Source: Amoebophrya sp. A120 (Eukaryota > Protista > Dinoflagellata). Taken from it: a stretch of 11,170 nucleotides of DNA. A model generated the notes under the pieces. It made no database searches and was not told the origin of the DNA. It saw only the letters and a list, made by a program, of their open reading frames with translations. Both the position numbers and the translations under genes were made by a program. Shown here one piece after another: positions 9,481 through 11,170 of the stretch (the first letter of the stretch is position 1; every line of letters begins with the position of its first letter). The stretch lies in contig CAJINV010000077.1 of the NCBI GenBank assembly GCA_905178155.1, positions 1 through 11,170 on the forward strand. Direction: 5' to 3'.

Positions 9481-9988
9481 CCTAGCCGTAATGTGCCTAT
9501 GCTGCGGCACGTGCGCGGTTATCTTCTGCGTCTGTTGCCGCCAACAGAACCAAAATCCTCCGGGGCACACATATTACAACACGGGGGCCCAGCCACAGGT
9601 GGTGTACGGTGCGGGGCAGCAGCAAATGATGATGCAGCACCAGCAACAAGCTTTCGGCGGACCATCTTCGTACGGGCCGCCTCCACCTGGAGGAATGCAG
9701 TACCAGACGTACGCAGGCTATCATGCTCCAGGAGGGCCTGGCAGCGGCCAGCCCCCGATGGTGATGTACCAGATGAACAACGCGCAACCCGTGATAGGGC
9801 CGGACGGGCAATTGCTATATCCCATGCAGCAACAGCCGCAGCCAGAGGGCGGCGCGTTTTTTCCTCCGGTAGGCAGTGGTGGCGGCAGTGGTGCCGAACA
9901 GCCTGGCCTGGTAACACACGGCAGGCCTGTGTCCTCCGATCAGCAGCCAAGAGGCCCCATCGTCGTAGAAATGAACCGCAAGTATTGA
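9418..9988 (+). CDS. Single-pass membrane protein: TM (VWAVLIIILAVMCLCCGTCAVIFCVCC), juxtamembrane Cys cluster, Pro/Gln/Gly/Tyr-rich tail (Shisa-like architecture only). Start is ATG 9149 via the element-intron (194 aa) or ATG 9491
   Basis: ORF 9458-9988 has coherent domain order and biased composition (QQQMMMQHQQQ, YGPPPPGG). The frame is open back to the element edge (LVGRECGDFSELP); the track's start is GTG. The 3' end may be spliced further. Confidence 0.75.
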
Positions 9989-10072
9989 GTTCCTCGTGGA
10001 GCTTCGCGGTGGATGAAACCCATTTTGTGTTTCTATTGGGAATTCAATTGTTGCTCTTCGTCTTTTCTGCAG

Positions 10073-10388
10073 GGGCAGAGCAGCTGGCTGTGCGAAAATA
10101 AAGTGGAAGCTTGCAAGTGGCAGCAGGCAGCGAATGAGGTACTCACTTCAAGAGGTAGCCGCAACATGAGCAGACCTTCGATTGGTGGTGGGTGGCTATG
10201 GCGGCTTCTTATTTCTGTGTCACGGTGTCCAGGTGTTTCAAAAAGCTACGTTAGTTTTCGTGAAGCCGCTGGCGCAGTCCTTGCTCACAGCGAATCGTAC
10301 AAAAAACATGATCTTACACCATTTCAGATCGGTTTCGGTACAGAATGGTATTGGCGTCATCGTGCTCGTGAATTGTCGCAATTTTCAG
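10073..10388 (+). CDS. Possible additional exon (inside ORF 10013-10396)
   Basis: Bounded by a strong acceptor TCTTCGTCTTTTCTGCAG|G (10072) and a donor CAG|GTAAAT (10389) with one frame open throughout; no convincing join to a neighbouring gene. Confidence 0.25.
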
Positions 10389-10877
10389 GTAAATGACTTC
10401 AAGTATTTATCCTCGATGCGAGGAACAGACTCGTCACATATTTGATTCACTGAAAAATTTTTACAAAATTCTCAATGTCAAAACCTGTGCTTGTCTCGGA
10501 TTCATCCCATTCCGTGGTCGCTGGTCGAAATGAAAGCTATCGTCCTTCGTCGCGCAGCAGTCTACCTACGTCGTGATGATCGTGTGTCGTGAAACTCCTG
10601 GATCGGTGCTACTTACGTCATTGACTCAGGCTTAGTCGGTGTAGAGGTTCGTAGACAAGTTGAAGCAACTATGTCAGAAAAAGAAGACGTTGGTTTCCGT
10701 TGCGACGAACATATAAGTATCGCTGATGAACAAGATCGTATCTACACTTCATAGATTAGTTTGGTGGTGGTCTGAGCCCCATGTTCTTTGTTTTTTTTTC
10801 AGAAAGGGCCAGTTTCTGTACGAATAAATGGCGTCACCACCGTAGGGCAGAAACGTTAAACTAGAGAGCAAAAAAAA

Positions 10878-11075
10878 ATGGTGCTCCACCGCCCAGCGCC
10901 CAGCGCGGATCAAGATGACCCGGGCGCCTTTTCATTCGCAAGCACGAACCGGTTGCATGCGCGCCGGGGTCCCAAAGACCCGGACACGATCTTCGTAGGG
11001 GAGACGCCCGATTTTGTGTACTTGATTGATTCGCTGGGTAATGTGTTGGTGGACGATATCCAGGAAAAAAAGTGT
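10878..11075 (+). CDS. First exon (66 codons) of a hypothetical protein continuing beyond the window: MVLHRPAPSADQDDPGAFSFASTNRLHARRGPKDPDTIFVGETPDFVYLIDSLGNVLVDDIQEKKC
   Basis: ATG after an A run (CAAAAAAAAATGG), GC-rich open frame, consensus donor T|GTAAGT at 11076, then AT-rich sequence. Absent from the ORF track because no stop occurs before the window end. Confidence 0.7.
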
Positions 11076-11170
11076 GTAAGTGTAACTTTCTTTGAGACAC
11101 AGCATCACAAATTTGCTCTACATGACAAAGAAAACCTGTCATGCGTGGCTTATAAGGGAAAACACACATG

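Noticed and set aside
10721-10777. Possible C/D-box snoRNA (TGATGA ... CTGA)
   Set aside because: Only ~53 nt from box C to box D, negligible terminal stem and no recognisable rRNA-complementary guide; an Rfam/snoScan hit would be needed.
10861-11169. Minus-strand 102-aa ORF from the track
   Set aside because: The plus-strand frame from ATG 10878 has better start context, more protein-like sequence and a consensus donor.

Overview
Gene-dense eukaryotic DNA with GC-rich, low-complexity coding regions and short AT-rich spliceosomal introns; no prokaryotic features, rRNA, tRNA or CRISPR were seen. It resembles a syndinian dinoflagellate of the Amoebophrya type (inference from the introner-like element and protein style). 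Hand splicing gives: (1) a 4-exon minus-strand gene at 1065-2769 (~371 aa, N-terminal membrane anchor, C-terminal E/R/K repeats); (2) a very large disordered minus-strand protein joining ORFs 8287-9150 and 4343-8050 through a canonical 230-nt intron (>=1525 aa); (3) a plus-strand TM + Cys-rich + Pro/Gln/Gly-rich protein ending at 9988; (4) the first exon of a plus-strand gene at 10878-11075 missed by the ORF track; (5) a weakly supported gene at the left edge. The most unusual feature is a 252-nt element (9163-9414) with 32-nt terminal inverted repeats and CTC direct repeats, lying between genes 2 and 3, which point away from each other. Removing it precisely (255 nt) restores an ATG-initiated frame on BOTH strands, suggesting a non-canonical intron shared by two overlapping head-to-head genes.
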